Assembly: GCA_023267595.1 (NCBI GenBank)
Contig: JAHFNB010000003.1
Coordinates: 66,165-130,164, forward strand
Direction of reading: 5' to 3'
DNA: 64,000 nt
Origin: a bacterium
Lineage (GTDB): Bacteria; Patescibacteriota; Minisyncoccia; Phycocordibacterales; UBA5272
The notes beneath the pieces were generated by a model, which saw only the letters and a list, made by a program, of their open reading frames with translations, did no database searches and was not told where the DNA came from. Position numbers and translations under genes: made by a program. Numbering within the stretch: position 1 is the stretch's first letter; each line of letters starts with the position of its first letter. Of this stretch, positions 9,524-20,568 are shown piece by piece.

Positions 9524-10504
9524 TTACTCCAATCCAACTTGAGTACGAACTTTCTTCATAGTCTGTTCTGCACGAGATCTTGCTTGTGCGCCTCCATCTT
9601 TTAAAATAGTTAAGAGAGTTTCTGGGTTTTTCATAAGTTCATCATATTTTTCTTTCTTCTCTTCTCGCCATTTCATAATAGTTGCAAGTAATTCTTCTTT
9701 CGCATCTTTGTAACTATATCCCCCATCTTCAAATTTTGCACGAAGAGAGACATCTTCACTCTCATTCAAAAATAGTTTATGAATTTTATAAATATTATTT
9801 TCATCAGGATTTTTCTTTTCTGAAGGTGTGGCACTATCTGTGACAATACTCATCACACGTTTTTTCAAATCTTCATCAGAGCAAAAAAGTTCAATGTGAT
9901 TGTTATAACTCTTACTCATTTTCTGACCATCAATTCCTGGAATTATTGCAACTCCTTCTACAATTAATTCTTTGGGTTCTTTAAATTGTTCAACTCCAAA
10001 TGCGCGATTATAATACCCTGCAATATCTCGTGTGTATTCTATATGTTGCTTCTGATCTGCTCCAACTGGTACAACATCTGCATCATACATCAAAATATCT
10101 GACGCCATAAGTACTGGATAATCAAAGAGTCCGACATTTACATCTTTATTTTTTGCTTCACTATCTTTAAACGCATGTGCACGCATAAGGTATGGCATCG
10201 TAATACAATTATTAAATATCCACGTAAGTTCTGTTACTTCGGGAACAGAGGACTGCTTAAATAGTTTTGTACTACTCATATCTAATCCACAAGCAATATA
10301 TGAAGCCGCAGCCTCTAAGGTCTGAGTATGTAACTCTTCTTTATTTTTAACACTAGTGAGGGCATGATAATCTGCCAAGAAAATAAAACTCTCATAATCA
10401 CCACTATTAGCAAGTTCTATATTTTGTTTCATTGCCCCAAAATAATTTCCAAAGTGAAGTCTTCCTGTTGGCTTTATTCCTGAGACGAGAATTTTCTTTG
10501 ACAT
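9524..10504 (-). CDS. trpS: tryptophanyl-tRNA synthetase
   Basis: The sequence contains SGIKPTGRLHFGNY (HIGH-type) and KMSKS motifs. I placed the start at MSKKILVSG rather than the longer ORF-track start, which overlaps the upstream gene. Confidence 0.8.
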   Translation of the reverse strand: MSKKILVSGIKPTGRLHFGNYFGAMKQNIELANSGDYESFIFLADYHALTSVKNKEELHTQTLEAAASYIACGLDMSSTKLFKQSSVPEVTELTWIFNNCITMPYLMRAHAFKDSEAKNKDVNVGLFDYPVLMASDILMYDADVVPVGADQKQHIEYTRDIAGYYNRAFGVEQFKEPKELIVEGVAIIPGIDGQKMSKSYNNHIELFCSDEDLKKRVMSIVTDSATPSEKKNPDENNIYKIHKLFLNESEDVSLRAKFEDGGYSYKDAKEELLATIMKWREEKKEKYDELMKNPETLLTILKDGGAQARSRAEQTMKKVRTQVGLE

Positions 10505-10512
10505 AATGTGTA

Positions 10513-11919
10513 CTATTGTATCATTTTCTGCTCTTTTATAATAAATCGTGCTATATATGAACCTACTATCATCCCAAGTAAGGACATCGTAAACCCAATC
10601 AACACAGGTGGAATCTCTGTTCCGAAATGTTCTGCTAATTGCCACGCACTAATACCTCCTATTATAGATACAAGCGCCCCGAAACTATTTACTCGTTTTG
10701 AATATAAACCAAATGCAAGTGGAATAAATCCAGCAACTAATGTCACACTATAAGCACTACTAACCAAATCATAAATGTGCGCATCTGGATTATATGCAAG
10801 AATAATTCCTCCAATACCTACAAAGATAACACTGATTTGAATAATTACCATGCGGAGTTTATCTCCCATGTTCTTAAAAAAAGGTTTGACAATATTTTCT
10901 GAAACAAGTGTTGCAGGAGCAAGCAACGCACCAGATGCTGTCGATAAGATAGCAGAGATAAGTGCACCAAAAAATAAAATCTGAAGAAGTAAACTTGTAT
11001 GTTCAGAAATTAATGTTGGAATAAGTAGTTGTGAGTCTGATGCAAGAAGTTGTGGATATATATGTGCTGCAATACTTGCAATAGCAATTGGGACCATAAC
11101 GATAACAAAGTACATACCTCCACCAATAATTGATGCCCACATACTCTCTTTTTCATTTCTCGCACTCATGGCACGTTGATAAATATCTTGTTGTGGAATA
11201 CTTCCAAAACCAATAGTCATAAGTGCTGTGATAAATCCAGCCCATGCAAGTAATGAATGCTCAGTTGGTAATACATTAAAATACCCATCTGGTACTATGG
11301 TAAAAAATCCTTCAACGCCTCCAACAAGTGGGAGTACTGCTACTAAGACCGCAACTAAACCAACAATAATAATAATTGTCTGTATCGTGTCATGAAGCGC
11401 AACAGATACCATACCTCCAAGGACTGTATACAAAGCCACAACAACTGCAGAAATAATCATCCATACTTGTATCGATAATACTGGTAACACACTATGGAGA
11501 AGTACACCAAGTGCGAGAAATTGTGCAGCAACCCAACCAAAATAACTTACTACAATAACTAGTGAGAGAAATGTAGCAATAAGTGTGTTATAACGATGTT
11601 TGAAATAATCCCCAATAGTAAGAAAACTTAAACGATACAACTTACGATTAAAAAATATTCCAGCAATAATAAGGCAAAGTCCTGCACCAAATGGATCATC
11701 AATAACATTACTAAACCCTCCTTCCGCAAACTTGCTCCCTGCACCTAATATTGATTCACTACCAAACCATGTAGCAAACACAGTAGAGAGAGCCATGTAA
11801 AATGGAAGAGATCTTCCTGCTAAAACATAATCTTCTGAACTCTTTACTTTACGCGCAGCATAGATACCTATACCAATCATGACAACCGTATAGATGAGTA
11901 TAGATATCGGAAGCAACAT
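10513..11919 (-). CDS. sodium:solute symporter family transporter
   Basis: The 468-aa polytopic membrane protein has an SSF-like N-terminus (ARKVKSSEDYVLAGRSLPFYMALSTVFATWFGSES). Confidence 0.7.
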   Translation of the reverse strand: MLLPISILIYTVVMIGIGIYAARKVKSSEDYVLAGRSLPFYMALSTVFATWFGSESILGAGSKFAEGGFSNVIDDPFGAGLCLIIAGIFFNRKLYRLSFLTIGDYFKHRYNTLIATFLSLVIVVSYFGWVAAQFLALGVLLHSVLPVLSIQVWMIISAVVVALYTVLGGMVSVALHDTIQTIIIIVGLVAVLVAVLPLVGGVEGFFTIVPDGYFNVLPTEHSLLAWAGFITALMTIGFGSIPQQDIYQRAMSARNEKESMWASIIGGGMYFVIVMVPIAIASIAAHIYPQLLASDSQLLIPTLISEHTSLLLQILFFGALISAILSTASGALLAPATLVSENIVKPFFKNMGDKLRMVIIQISVIFVGIGGIILAYNPDAHIYDLVSSAYSVTLVAGFIPLAFGLYSKRVNSFGALVSIIGGISAWQLAEHFGTEIPPVLIGFTMSLLGMIVGSYIARFIIKEQKMIQ

Positions 11920-11927
11920 GGGTGTTT

Positions 11928-13019
11928 TTATAATCCTTCTTCTTTCAAGCCTTCAATAAATGACATTGCTTTCTTTGAAAGTTTTTTCGGCATTGCAATT
12001 GATAGTTTTATAAGTACATCTCCTCGCTTTCCTTTTTCATGAATATGAGGGACTCCTCTTCCTCGTACACGCAGTATTTCTCCATGTGTTGCACCAACAG
12101 GAATATCTACATCAAGAGTTCCATCTAATCCTTCAATGGTATGTTTAACTCCTAGGAGTGCGTCTGTTAGTTTTATTTCATGCGTAGTTATAAGGTCATG
12201 TCCTTCACGTTTCCACATTTTATGAGATTGTACATTTATTTTTACATACAAATCTCCTGTAGCGCCACCTGCAATTGCTTCACCCATCTGTGACATACGC
12301 ATCATCTCACCGTTTGAGATTCCTGCAGGAACTTTAATATGCACTTCTTCACGAGTATTTACAACACCATTACCTCGACAATCATGACATTTCTCTTCAG
12401 GAATCTTCCCTACACCACGGCACACATCACACGTACGTACTGATTGAAAATTACCCATGAATGTTTTCTTTACTTCATGAACTTTTCCTTGTCCATTACA
12501 TATAGTACATGTTTTCATTTTTGTACCACTCTTTGCTCCAGATCCAGAACATGTCTTACACACACTTACTTTTGAGATGAGAACGTTACGTTCTGTTCCA
12601 AAAATACTTTCGTGAAATGTTACGTCAAGTTCAAGAGAAATATCTCGTCCACGTTTTACGCGTGACCCAGAACCAAATGGAGACCCTCCAGAAAACATAT
12701 CACCAAAAATATCTCCGAGATCACCAAAATCAAATTGCATATTTGCAAAATCAGATGCATCGAATCCTCCAAAACCACCCATACCTCCTGATTGCGGACC
12801 CTGACCATTAAATGTCTGACCGTACGTATCATATTCCTTTCGCTTCTTCTCATCAGAAAGTACTTGATAGGCTTCATTTACTTCTTTGAATTTTGCTTCA
12901 TCGCCACCTTTTTTATCAGGGTGATATTTTGCCGCAAGTTTATAGAATGCTTTTTTAATCTCATCCTTTGAAGCATTTTTATCGACACCAAGCAGATTGT
13001 AATAGTCCTTTGTTGCCAT
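11928..13019 (-). CDS. dnaJ: chaperone DnaJ
   Basis: It has a J-domain (YYNLLGV...HPDK), a G/F-rich region and four CxxCxGxG zinc-finger repeats. Confidence 0.9.
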   Translation of the reverse strand: MATKDYYNLLGVDKNASKDEIKKAFYKLAAKYHPDKKGGDEAKFKEVNEAYQVLSDEKKRKEYDTYGQTFNGQGPQSGGMGGFGGFDASDFANMQFDFGDLGDIFGDMFSGGSPFGSGSRVKRGRDISLELDVTFHESIFGTERNVLISKVSVCKTCSGSGAKSGTKMKTCTICNGQGKVHEVKKTFMGNFQSVRTCDVCRGVGKIPEEKCHDCRGNGVVNTREEVHIKVPAGISNGEMMRMSQMGEAIAGGATGDLYVKINVQSHKMWKREGHDLITTHEIKLTDALLGVKHTIEGLDGTLDVDIPVGATHGEILRVRGRGVPHIHEKGKRGDVLIKLSIAMPKKLSKKAMSFIEGLKEEGL

Positions 13020-13042
13020 ATGAGAAGTATTCTAACATACCA

Positions 13043-14929
13043 CTATGCATTTGGTGTAGTTTCATCTTTTGATGTATCAGTGTTTGGATTTGTGTTTGTA
13101 TTTTCTGTATTCTGTCCATTGTTATCTGTCGACTGTTTCATTGCTTCCCCGATTTTCATCATCACATTTGAAAGCATATCTGTTTTGGTTTTTATATCAT
13201 TAATATCATCACCATTTCGAGATGTTTTTACTGCTTCAATTGCCTCTGTTATTTCTTTCTTTACATCATCACCTATTTTTCCTTCTGCATCTTTAAGTGC
13301 CTTCTCTCCAGTATGGATCATTGCGTCTGCAATATTTTTACTTTCTACCAACTCCATTTTCTTTTTATCTTCATCAGCATGAGTTTCTGCGTCCGCCTGC
13401 ATTTTTTTAATATCTTCATCAGAAAGTCCAGAAGATGCTTCGATACGAATAGACTGTTCTTTACCTGATGTCTTATCTTTTGCTTTCACATTTAAGATTC
13501 CATTTGCATCCACATCAAACGTAACTTCTACTTGTGGTATACCACGTGGTGCAGGTGGAATACCATCGAGAATAAATCTACCGAGAGATTTATTATCAGT
13601 TGCAAGCGGTCGTTCACCTTGCGTAATATGAATCTCAACAGATGTTTGATTATCAGCAGCCGTAGAAAATGTTTGAGACTTTGATGTTGGAATTGTTGTA
13701 TTTTTTTCTACAAGTTTTGTTGCTACGCCACCCATCGTTTCAATACCAAGTGATAGTGGAATAACATCAAGAAGTAATACATCCTTTACATCACCTTGAA
13801 GAACACCTGCCTGTACTGCAGCCCCGAGCGCCACTACTTCGTCTGGATTAATTGATCGATTTGGTTCTTTACCAAAGAGTGCTTTTACTGCTTCTACAAT
13901 CATAGGCATTCTCGTCTGACCACCAACCATAATAATTTCGTGAATCTCTTCTTTTTTAAATGGAGAATTATCAAGGGCACGTTTTGTAATCTCTAAAGAA
14001 CGATCGATAAATTCTTTTGCAATTTCTTCTAACTGTGCACGTGTTACTTTCATGAGCAAATGCTTTGGTCCATCTGCGCCTGAGGTAATAAATGGGATAT
14101 TAATTTCTGTTTCTAATTGAGTAGACAATTCATGCTTTGCTTTTTCTGCTGCTTCGTCAAGTCGTTGAAGAGCAAGAGTGTCTTTTGTAACATCGATACC
14201 TTGATCTTTCTTAAACTCCTTTGCAATATATTCCACAAACTTCTGATCAATATCACGACCTCCTAAGTGTGAGTCACCGTCAACTGACTTTACTTCGACC
14301 ACTCCATCACCAACTTCGAGAATAGAAATATCAAATGTCCCTCCTCCAAAGTCATACACAGCAATCTTTTCATTTTTAATACTATTAAATCCATATGCAA
14401 GAGCAGCCGCCGTTGGTTCTGGAATAATACGCATCACTTCAAGACCGGCAATTTTACCTGCATCCACCGTTGCTTGACGTTGTGTATCATTAAAATATGC
14501 AGGTACAGTAATAACGGCTTGTGTAATTTTCTCACCAGTTTTTGCTTCTACATCTGTCTTTATTTTTTGTAAAATCATTGCAGAGATTTCTTCTGGACGA
14601 GAATCTTTTCCACCAAGAGTAATAAGAACTCCTCCGTTATCACTTGCTTTTATTTTATATGCAACACGAGGAATATCATTCTGTACTTCTTTGTCAGAAA
14701 AAGAGTGACCCATAAAACGTTTTACACCATAAACAGTATTTTCTGGATTAGTTACTGCTTGGCGCTTTGCAATTTGCCCAACTGCACGTTCACCATTTTT
14801 ATTAATCGACACAATAGAAGGCGTCGTACGATTACCTTCAAGATTTTCTATAATTTTTGGATGCCCTGCTTCTATGATTGCAACTGCAGAGTTTGTTGTC
14901 CCTAAGTCAATTCCAATTATTTTTGCCAT
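13043..14929 (-). CDS. dnaK: chaperone DnaK (Hsp70)
   Basis: [17 protein letters not shown] and the other Hsp70 signatures are present over 628 aa. Confidence 0.95.
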   Translation of the reverse strand: MAKIIGIDLGTTNSAVAIIEAGHPKIIENLEGNRTTPSIVSINKNGERAVGQIAKRQAVTNPENTVYGVKRFMGHSFSDKEVQNDIPRVAYKIKASDNGGVLITLGGKDSRPEEISAMILQKIKTDVEAKTGEKITQAVITVPAYFNDTQRQATVDAGKIAGLEVMRIIPEPTAAALAYGFNSIKNEKIAVYDFGGGTFDISILEVGDGVVEVKSVDGDSHLGGRDIDQKFVEYIAKEFKKDQGIDVTKDTLALQRLDEAAEKAKHELSTQLETEINIPFITSGADGPKHLLMKVTRAQLEEIAKEFIDRSLEITKRALDNSPFKKEEIHEIIMVGGQTRMPMIVEAVKALFGKEPNRSINPDEVVALGAAVQAGVLQGDVKDVLLLDVIPLSLGIETMGGVATKLVEKNTTIPTSKSQTFSTAADNQTSVEIHITQGERPLATDNKSLGRFILDGIPPAPRGIPQVEVTFDVDANGILNVKAKDKTSGKEQSIRIEASSGLSDEDIKKMQADAETHADEDKKKMELVESKNIADAMIHTGEKALKDAEGKIGDDVKKEITEAIEAVKTSRNGDDINDIKTKTDMLSNVMMKIGEAMKQSTDNNGQNTENTNTNPNTDTSKDETTPNA

Positions 14930-14965
14930 AAGTATAGTTGATAGTTAATAGTTTGTAGTTTGTAG

Positions 14966-15595
14966 TTAATTCTTTTCAAAGTGTCCAACATGTACACGGG
15001 CTGGTCGTAATATCATATCATTCATCTTGTAACCATTCTGGAGTATACGTATGATTTTATCATTTTGATTCTGATCTTCAACATGTATGTGTTCCATACT
15101 TTCATGAAGATGCGGATCAAACTGATCCCCTATCTTTCCAAATTGTACTACTCCTTCACTTTCTAACACAGAACGTAATTGTCCGAAAATATATTCGATA
15201 CCAATACGCCAATTTTTATCTACCTTCTCCCATGCATCCACATTTCCTTGTGCCATATCATATGCATCTAGTATTGGGAGTAATTTTTCAATGAATTGTT
15301 TTGTTGCAAATGCTCTATCGGATCTACGATTACTTTCTACTTCTTTCTTAAAGTTCGCATAATCTGCACGTGTACGTTGACTTAAATCTAGATATTCTTG
15401 TTTTTCAGATTCTAATTTCTTAATCTTTTCACGAAGTTTTTTAATAGTCGTACGAGCATCTACCTCACCTCCCTCCTCCGAAAAATCTCCGGCGGATAAA
15501 TCTTCATTTACTTCTTCAAAAGTAACATCATCCTTTTGGTTATTTATTATTGGTTCTTCGTTATTAGTTGTTTCAATTTCTTCTTTATTGTTCAT
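14966..15595 (-). CDS. grpE: nucleotide exchange factor GrpE
   Basis: The 209-aa product has an acidic N-terminus and coiled coil. It completes the grpE-dnaK-dnaJ operon order. Confidence 0.85.
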   Translation of the reverse strand: MNNKEEIETTNNEEPIINNQKDDVTFEEVNEDLSAGDFSEEGGEVDARTTIKKLREKIKKLESEKQEYLDLSQRTRADYANFKKEVESNRRSDRAFATKQFIEKLLPILDAYDMAQGNVDAWEKVDKNWRIGIEYIFGQLRSVLESEGVVQFGKIGDQFDPHLHESMEHIHVEDQNQNDKIIRILQNGYKMNDMILRPARVHVGHFEKN

Positions 15596-15721
15596 ATATT
15601 CTAAGGTTTACAAAATCAGAGAGTTCAATCATTACTGTAGTACTGAGATACCTATTCTACCATTTTTTACGCACATATTCTATATAAATTATTTGAGAAA
15701 AAAAGTCAAGATTGTATAAGA

Positions 15722-15745
15722 CAAAGCACCCTAATGGGTGCTTAC
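15722..15745. other. perfect hairpin AAGCACCC-TAAT-GGGTGCTT between the small membrane ORFs and grpE
   Basis: An 8-bp inverted repeat is visible in the sequence. It is not a CIRCE element (wrong spacing and half-site) and the T-run is not adjacent. Confidence 0.4.
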
Positions 15746-15758
15746 GATTGCTCGAGAC

Positions 15759-16058
15759 TCATAACACGAGCATAATACTTCTATCTTTTTTGACAAAATA
15801 AAGCCAATGGTCCCACAAAACATACACAACCGAGAGAAACCAAATAAAGAGTACCGTAAGATCACCGATATTCAAAAAAGAAAATAGTTCTCCCCGTTCT
15901 GAACGAATAAATATAAAGAACGGGATTAAGATTGTAATACTATACAAGCAAAAGGCAATCTTTGGTCTAAAAGAATTGATGCATGCCCAGACAAGGAAAT
16001 CTGTATAGGTATTTATAACTCTTTGTACTTTATTCATGATATCCTCTGAAAAGAGCAA
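15759..16058 (-). CDS. hypothetical small membrane protein
   Basis: This is an ORF with hydrophobic segments. I recognise no family. Confidence 0.3.
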   Translation of the reverse strand: MLFSEDIMNKVQRVINTYTDFLVWACINSFRPKIAFCLYSITILIPFFIFIRSERGELFSFLNIGDLTVLFIWFLSVVYVLWDHWLYFVKKDRSIMLVL

Positions 16059-16317
16059 AGTTTGTTTTATGGAGCATTCGGAAATCTTGTATTGCTTTTT
16101 TTATTTCAAGATATAATCCAAATATGCTAACAGGAAGCAGGAGAATCACGTAACTCATCTTTCCTTCATCGATCCCCTGATAAAAAGCAAAGAGAGACAA
16201 GAAAAAATAAACCCATAACTCCAGAGATCCACCAAATGAAAAAAGATGGCGTACAACCTGTAACTTCATTCTTGTTACTGTTTTCATGGCACTTTCCTTA
16301 TTCCTTAATCTCACCAC
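16030..16317 (-). CDS. hypothetical small membrane protein
   Basis: This is an ORF with hydrophobic segments that overlaps the next ORF. I recognise no family. Confidence 0.3.
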   Translation of the reverse strand: MVRLRNKESAMKTVTRMKLQVVRHLFSFGGSLELWVYFFLSLFAFYQGIDEGKMSYVILLLPVSIFGLYLEIKKAIQDFRMLHKTNFALFRGYHE

Positions 16318-16334
16318 ATACTAACATACCTAAA

Positions 16335-16368
16335 ATAAAAAACTGCACTATAATGCAGTTTTTTATTT
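16335..16368 (-). terminator. rho-independent terminator after rpsI (bidirectional hairpin)
   Basis: The sequence AAAAACTGCA-ctataa-TGCAGTTTTT is flanked by an A-run and a T-run. Confidence 0.55.
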
Positions 16369-16371
16369 TTA

Positions 16372-16779
16372 TTAACGCTTACTCCAAGTTGGAGCCTTAC
16401 GAGCCTTCTTAAGACCGAATTTCTTACGTTCTACTTGTCTAGAATCACGCTTCAAGAATCCAAGTTTCTTTAATGTATTTTTTACTTGTTCATCTCGCTC
16501 TACAAGTGTACGAGAAAGTCCATGGCGCACTGCTTCTGCTTGTGCATGTATTCCTCCTCCTACAACACGTACAGTTACAGCAAACTTTTCACCTACTTCA
16601 CCTTTTGAAATTGCCTCCTGTGCAATCATTTGAAGTTCTCCTGTTGTAAAATAATCTTTTACATCTTTATCATTAATAGTGAACGTTGTTTTTGTGGCAG
16701 GTGTAATACGAACACGTGCAATTGCCGTTTTTCTACGTCCTACTGCTTCTATATAACGATTTTTTGTATCTGTTGCCAT
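16372..16779 (-). CDS. rpsI: 30S ribosomal protein S9
   Basis: The N-terminus reads MATDTKNRYIEAVGRRKTAIARV and the C-terminus reads ...RKAPTWSKR. Confidence 0.9.
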   Translation of the reverse strand: MATDTKNRYIEAVGRRKTAIARVRITPATKTTFTINDKDVKDYFTTGELQMIAQEAISKGEVGEKFAVTVRVVGGGIHAQAEAVRHGLSRTLVERDEQVKNTLKKLGFLKRDSRQVERKKFGLKKARKAPTWSKR

Positions 16780-16797
16780 AATGTATTAATAGTAAAA

Positions 16798-17142
16798 TTA
16801 TTCCTCAATAATGAGATTCTTTAAACGAATATCTTGAAGTTTATTCTTTGGAAGCATACCGCGTACTGCATGAGTAAGTAATTCTCCATATCCCTTCTTT
16901 TCTACAACGTATCGTAGTGGCATCTGCTTAAGACCTCCTGGATAACCAGAATATGACTTGTGAACACTTTCTTTCATCTTATTACCTGTTACTTTGATCT
17001 TTGACGCATTTACTACTTTTACCGTAACATCTGCAACACGATTCTTTACAAAATTAACATTATCTTTTGCATTAAGAAGAGCCGCTACTTCTGAAGCGAG
17101 ACGTCCTAATACTTTATCTGTTGCATCAATAGTGTGTGTCAT
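16798..17142 (-). CDS. rplM: 50S ribosomal protein L13
   Basis: MTHTIDATDKVLGRLASEVAALL is an L13 N-terminus. Confidence 0.85.
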   Translation of the reverse strand: MTHTIDATDKVLGRLASEVAALLNAKDNVNFVKNRVADVTVKVVNASKIKVTGNKMKESVHKSYSGYPGGLKQMPLRYVVEKKGYGELLTHAVRGMLPKNKLQDIRLKNLIIEE

Positions 17143-17150
17143 GGTAGTAA

Positions 17151-17504
17151 TTATACAAATTCAATAACGGCTCTTTCTGAACTATCAGAAACACGTGTTG
17201 GTAACTTTAAAATACGAGTATATCCACCAGAGACATCCTTATATTTCACTGCATAATCCTTGAAAAGTTTTGCAGTTTCATCTTCTTGATTCATGATACG
17301 AGAAGCAACCAAACGACGACGTGCAACAGAATCCTCTTTGGCGAGTGTAACTAATCGCTCAACAAAAGGACGAATTTCTTTTGCGCGAGCAAGTGTTGTT
17401 TCAATACGACCATGACGTACGAGATTGACGAGAAGTCCACGAACAAACGCCTTTCTTTCGTTTTTTTCTCTTCCAAATTTTCTGAATGATTTATGATGCT
17501 TCAT
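17151..17504 (-). CDS. rplQ: 50S ribosomal protein L17
   Basis: RIETTLARAKEIRPFVERLVTLAK is an L17 signature. Confidence 0.9.
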   Translation of the reverse strand: MKHHKSFRKFGREKNERKAFVRGLLVNLVRHGRIETTLARAKEIRPFVERLVTLAKEDSVARRRLVASRIMNQEDETAKLFKDYAVKYKDVSGGYTRILKLPTRVSDSSERAVIEFV

Positions 17505-17554
17505 ATCGTTAATGATGGTTCCCTACTATACCATACAAGGTGACCTTTTTGCTA

Positions 17555-18517
17555 CTATTTGAGCGTAAGGCCTAAGTCTCCGAGTGCCTTTTTAATTTCT
17601 GTAATTCCTTTTTCTCCTAGGCCATCAGTAGAAAGTAAATCAACTTCACTCTTACGAGCAAGCCCTCCCGCAGTACGAATACCTGCAGAAACAAGTGCAT
17701 TTTCCGTACGAGTAGAAAGACCTAAGTCTTCTATTTTTACTTTACTTGCATCTGTTACATCAAGTGAATCAGATGAATCGACAATAGGAATTACCTTTTC
17801 ATCCTTTGGCATTTCAACTACTTTTTCACGGAATCCAACAACTGCTTGTAATTGTGTAATCATTGTATGAATAGCATCTTCAAGAACTTCATGAGGAGTA
17901 ATCGTTCCATCTGTTTCAATTGAAACACGAAGACGATTATGGTCAGTACGATCACCAACACGCATATTCTCTACTTCATACGAAGCGCGACGAATAGGTG
18001 TGAATGATGCATCAAGTGCAATTGTTCCAATATCTGACTTTTCTTTTTGTAAAATCTCACGAGGAATATATCCAAGACCTTTTTCAACGGTAATTTCAAT
18101 AGCAATATCCACATCTTTTGCAGTTGATTCACAAATGTATTGATCTTTGTTCATGATCTCAAGTTGTGTAGGAAGTGTAATTTCCTTAGCAGTAATAGTC
18201 TTTGCACCTTTAATATGAAGTGTAGCCTTTTGAGCATCATCGCCATGTAATTTAAAGCGTGTCTTTTTAAGATTTAAAATAATAGCAATAACATCTTCTT
18301 TAATACCATCAATAGCAGAGAACTCATGCTTTACCCCATCAATAGAGAGTGATGTAATTGCAGCCCCTGGTATAGAAGAAAGAATGATACGACGAAGTGA
18401 GTTACCAAGTGTGTGGCCATAGCCTGGATAGAGACCATCTATCTCATAGACGCCTGATGTGGCATCTTCTTTAACAATTTTTGGCTTTGAAGGCAAAATA
18501 ATAGAATGTGAAGACAT
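17555..18517 (-). CDS. rpoA: DNA-directed RNA polymerase alpha subunit
   Basis: The 320-aa product has an N-terminal dimerisation domain and a C-terminal domain. It occupies the rpoA position between rpsD and rplQ. Confidence 0.9.
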   Translation of the reverse strand: MSSHSIILPSKPKIVKEDATSGVYEIDGLYPGYGHTLGNSLRRIILSSIPGAAITSLSIDGVKHEFSAIDGIKEDVIAIILNLKKTRFKLHGDDAQKATLHIKGAKTITAKEITLPTQLEIMNKDQYICESTAKDVDIAIEITVEKGLGYIPREILQKEKSDIGTIALDASFTPIRRASYEVENMRVGDRTDHNRLRVSIETDGTITPHEVLEDAIHTMITQLQAVVGFREKVVEMPKDEKVIPIVDSSDSLDVTDASKVKIEDLGLSTRTENALVSAGIRTAGGLARKSEVDLLSTDGLGEKGITEIKKALGDLGLTLK

Positions 18518-18656
18518 ATGAAAAATTAAGGTCTTGTATTAGTTATTAGTAGTACGTACACCTGCCCCTTATAAGTAAAGTTCCCCTATTCTACCTCAAA
18601 ATTGCAAAATATGCAAGTTCATGGTAGTGGAGAACTATACTCCCACCTGACCACCA

Positions 18657-19277
18657 CTAACGTGAGTAGTACTCAAGCACTTTTTGGGTATCAAACATCC
18701 CTTCAACTTCTCGTGGTACACCTTTTACTTCCGCAGATAATGTATCTGGATTTACTGTAATAATATGACTAGGGCTCATATTCATCAATCGTTCTGCAAG
18801 TCCTGTGAAAATCTTTGCAGATTTACTACCCTCACGGATAGCAATAACATCTCCAATTTTAACTTGATGAGAAGCAACAGTTACACGACGACCATTAACA
18901 AGAATATGTCCATGAGAGACTAACTGACGAGCAAGTGCACGTGTGTGTGCAAATCCTGCACGATATACCATGTTATCTAATCGTGACTCAAGTTCACGTG
19001 CAAGTTTAAGTGCAGGAGTTGTGGAACCTTCTCCTGTATCATGCTTTGCAGTTGCATGTTTTACATATTTAGCAAATTGCTTTTCCATAAGACCATACGT
19101 AATACGCATCTTTTGCTTTGCGCGAAGTTGTTCTCCATATTCAGAAACACTTGAACGATGCTTTCGTTCACTGTCTAATTTTCCTGGAGCATATGGGCGC
19201 TTTTTAAACGCACACTTTTCACGACCACATAGTGATTCTCCAAGTCGGCGGCAAGTTTTACAGGTTATTCTACTCAT
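18657..19277 (-). CDS. rpsD: 30S ribosomal protein S4
   Basis: It contains an S4 domain ([37 protein letters not shown]) and an N-terminal Cys cluster. Confidence 0.9.
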   Translation of the reverse strand: MSRITCKTCRRLGESLCGREKCAFKKRPYAPGKLDSERKHRSSVSEYGEQLRAKQKMRITYGLMEKQFAKYVKHATAKHDTGEGSTTPALKLARELESRLDNMVYRAGFAHTRALARQLVSHGHILVNGRRVTVASHQVKIGDVIAIREGSKSAKIFTGLAERLMNMSPSHIITVNPDTLSAEVKGVPREVEGMFDTQKVLEYYSR

Positions 19278-19282
19278 AAATG

Positions 19283-19717
19283 TTATATGTGACGTGGCTT
19301 ACGTGCCTTTGGTCCATTGTGTGGAACCGGCGTCTTATCAATAATAGAAACGATATCTACTCCAAAGGTAGAGAATCCTCGGATAGCAGACTCACGACCA
19401 GATCCTACACCTTTTACAATAACATTAACAGTTTTGATACCGATTTGTTGTGCTTTTTCTCCCATAAGTTCACCGATCTTTGATGCGGCAAATGGTGTAC
19501 CCTTTTTTGCGCCTTTAAATCCAAGAGATCCAGATGATGACCATGCTAAGATATTTCCTTCTTTATCCGCAAGTGACAAACGAGTATTGTTGTATGAAGA
19601 TTCCACAAACAAAGTACCTTCAACAATTCTCTTCTTGATTACCTTTGCAAGTGATCGCGCTTTAAGAGCACTATCTACTCCAGAACTATTCTTTTTTACG
19701 ATTCGTTTCTTTCCCAT
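19283..19717 (-). CDS. rpsK: 30S ribosomal protein S11
   Basis: The 144-aa product carries S11-like motifs: GIAHIKSTFNNTIVTVTD-like [16 protein letters not shown] and [13 protein letters not shown]. Confidence 0.9.
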   Translation of the reverse strand: MGKKRIVKKNSSGVDSALKARSLAKVIKKRIVEGTLFVESSYNNTRLSLADKEGNILAWSSSGSLGFKGAKKGTPFAASKIGELMGEKAQQIGIKTVNVIVKGVGSGRESAIRGFSTFGVDIVSIIDKTPVPHNGPKARKPRHI

Positions 19718-19728
19718 ATTTTTATTGA

Positions 19729-20109
19729 TTATGTCTTTTCTGTCTTACGGCGCCCACTACCCATTGTACGACGTACATTTCCACGTACAGTACGACTATT
19801 TGTTTTTGTACGTTGACCACGAGCCGGTAAATGTTTTGTGTGACGTGTACCACGATATGCTTTAATATCTTTTAAACGTTTTATATTTTGTTGATGTTCA
19901 CGTTTGAGGTCTCCTTCTGTTTTAAAGAGTTCAATTTCACGACGAATGAGATTTTCTTGATCAGGAGTAAGTTCAGTAGTTTTCATACCATCACTTAACC
20001 CTAATTTCTTGATAATCATTTTTGCTCGAGGGCGTCCAACACCATATACCGCCGTAAGAGCAATTTCTAGACGTTTATTTTCTGGGAGGGTAATACCTGA
20101 GATACGCAT
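19729..20109 (-). CDS. rpsM: 30S ribosomal protein S13
   Basis: MRISGITLPENKRLEIALTAVYGVG is an S13 N-terminus. Confidence 0.9.
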   Translation of the reverse strand: MRISGITLPENKRLEIALTAVYGVGRPRAKMIIKKLGLSDGMKTTELTPDQENLIRREIELFKTEGDLKREHQQNIKRLKDIKAYRGTRHTKHLPARGQRTKTNSRTVRGNVRRTMGSGRRKTEKT

Positions 20110-20139
20110 ATAGTATGTAAATTAAATCTATTGAAGGGT

Positions 20140-20253
20140 TTAACCTTGTGATTGTTTATGTTTAGGATTCTCACAAATAACACGAAGTACGCCACCACGT
20201 TTTATCATTTGACACTTTGAACAAATTGGTTTTACTGATGATCGTACTTTCAT
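20140..20253 (-). CDS. rpmJ: 50S ribosomal protein L36
   Basis: The minus strand translates to [37 protein letters not shown]. It is absent from the ORF track because it is under 60 aa. Confidence 0.85.
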   Translation of the reverse strand: MKVRSSVKPICSKCQMIKRGGVLRVICENPKHKQSQG

Positions 20254-20318
20254 GAGAAATATGGGGACTATTGTACTATATCTTCAGAGATTTTGCAACT
20301 GATTTATCCAAAATAGCC

Positions 20319-20531
20319 TTAGAGACGCTTGATTATTCTTCCTTTTCCTCCGTAGGGGTCGATTTGGACACTTACCTTGTCTCCGACTAGAACTTTTATT
20401 TTATGTATTCGCATACGACCACCAAGATAGGTAATTATCTCTTTACCACTACCTATGTCTACACGAAAGAGTGTGCTTGGAAGTGCTTCCACAACGCGTC
20501 CTTCTACAATTTCAATATCAGATTCTTCCAT
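20319..20531 (-). CDS. infA: translation initiation factor IF-1
   Basis: An internal start gives MEESDIEIVEGRVVEALPSTLFRVDIGSGKEIITYLGGRMRIHKIKVLVGDKVSVQIDPYGGKGRIIKRL, an S1-like IF-1. The longer track ORF overlaps the upstream gene. Confidence 0.85.
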   Translation of the reverse strand: MEESDIEIVEGRVVEALPSTLFRVDIGSGKEIITYLGGRMRIHKIKVLVGDKVSVQIDPYGGKGRIIKRL

Positions 20532-20568
20532 AGTAAGAGTGTTAGTGTACCAGAGATACACTTCTTTA

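Noticed and set aside
13020-13382. 120-aa plus-strand ORF with low-complexity S/F/I-rich sequence
   Set aside because: It is antisense to the 3' end of dnaK and to the dnaK-dnaJ spacer. Its composition is an artefact of the opposite-strand codons.
15596-15758. CIRCE/HrcA operator expected upstream of grpE
   Set aside because: No TTAGCACTC-N9-GAGTGCTAA-like sequence is present. Only an unrelated palindrome was found.
19317-19865. 182-aa plus-strand ORF
   Set aside because: It is antisense across rpsK and rpsM, both unambiguous ribosomal protein genes.
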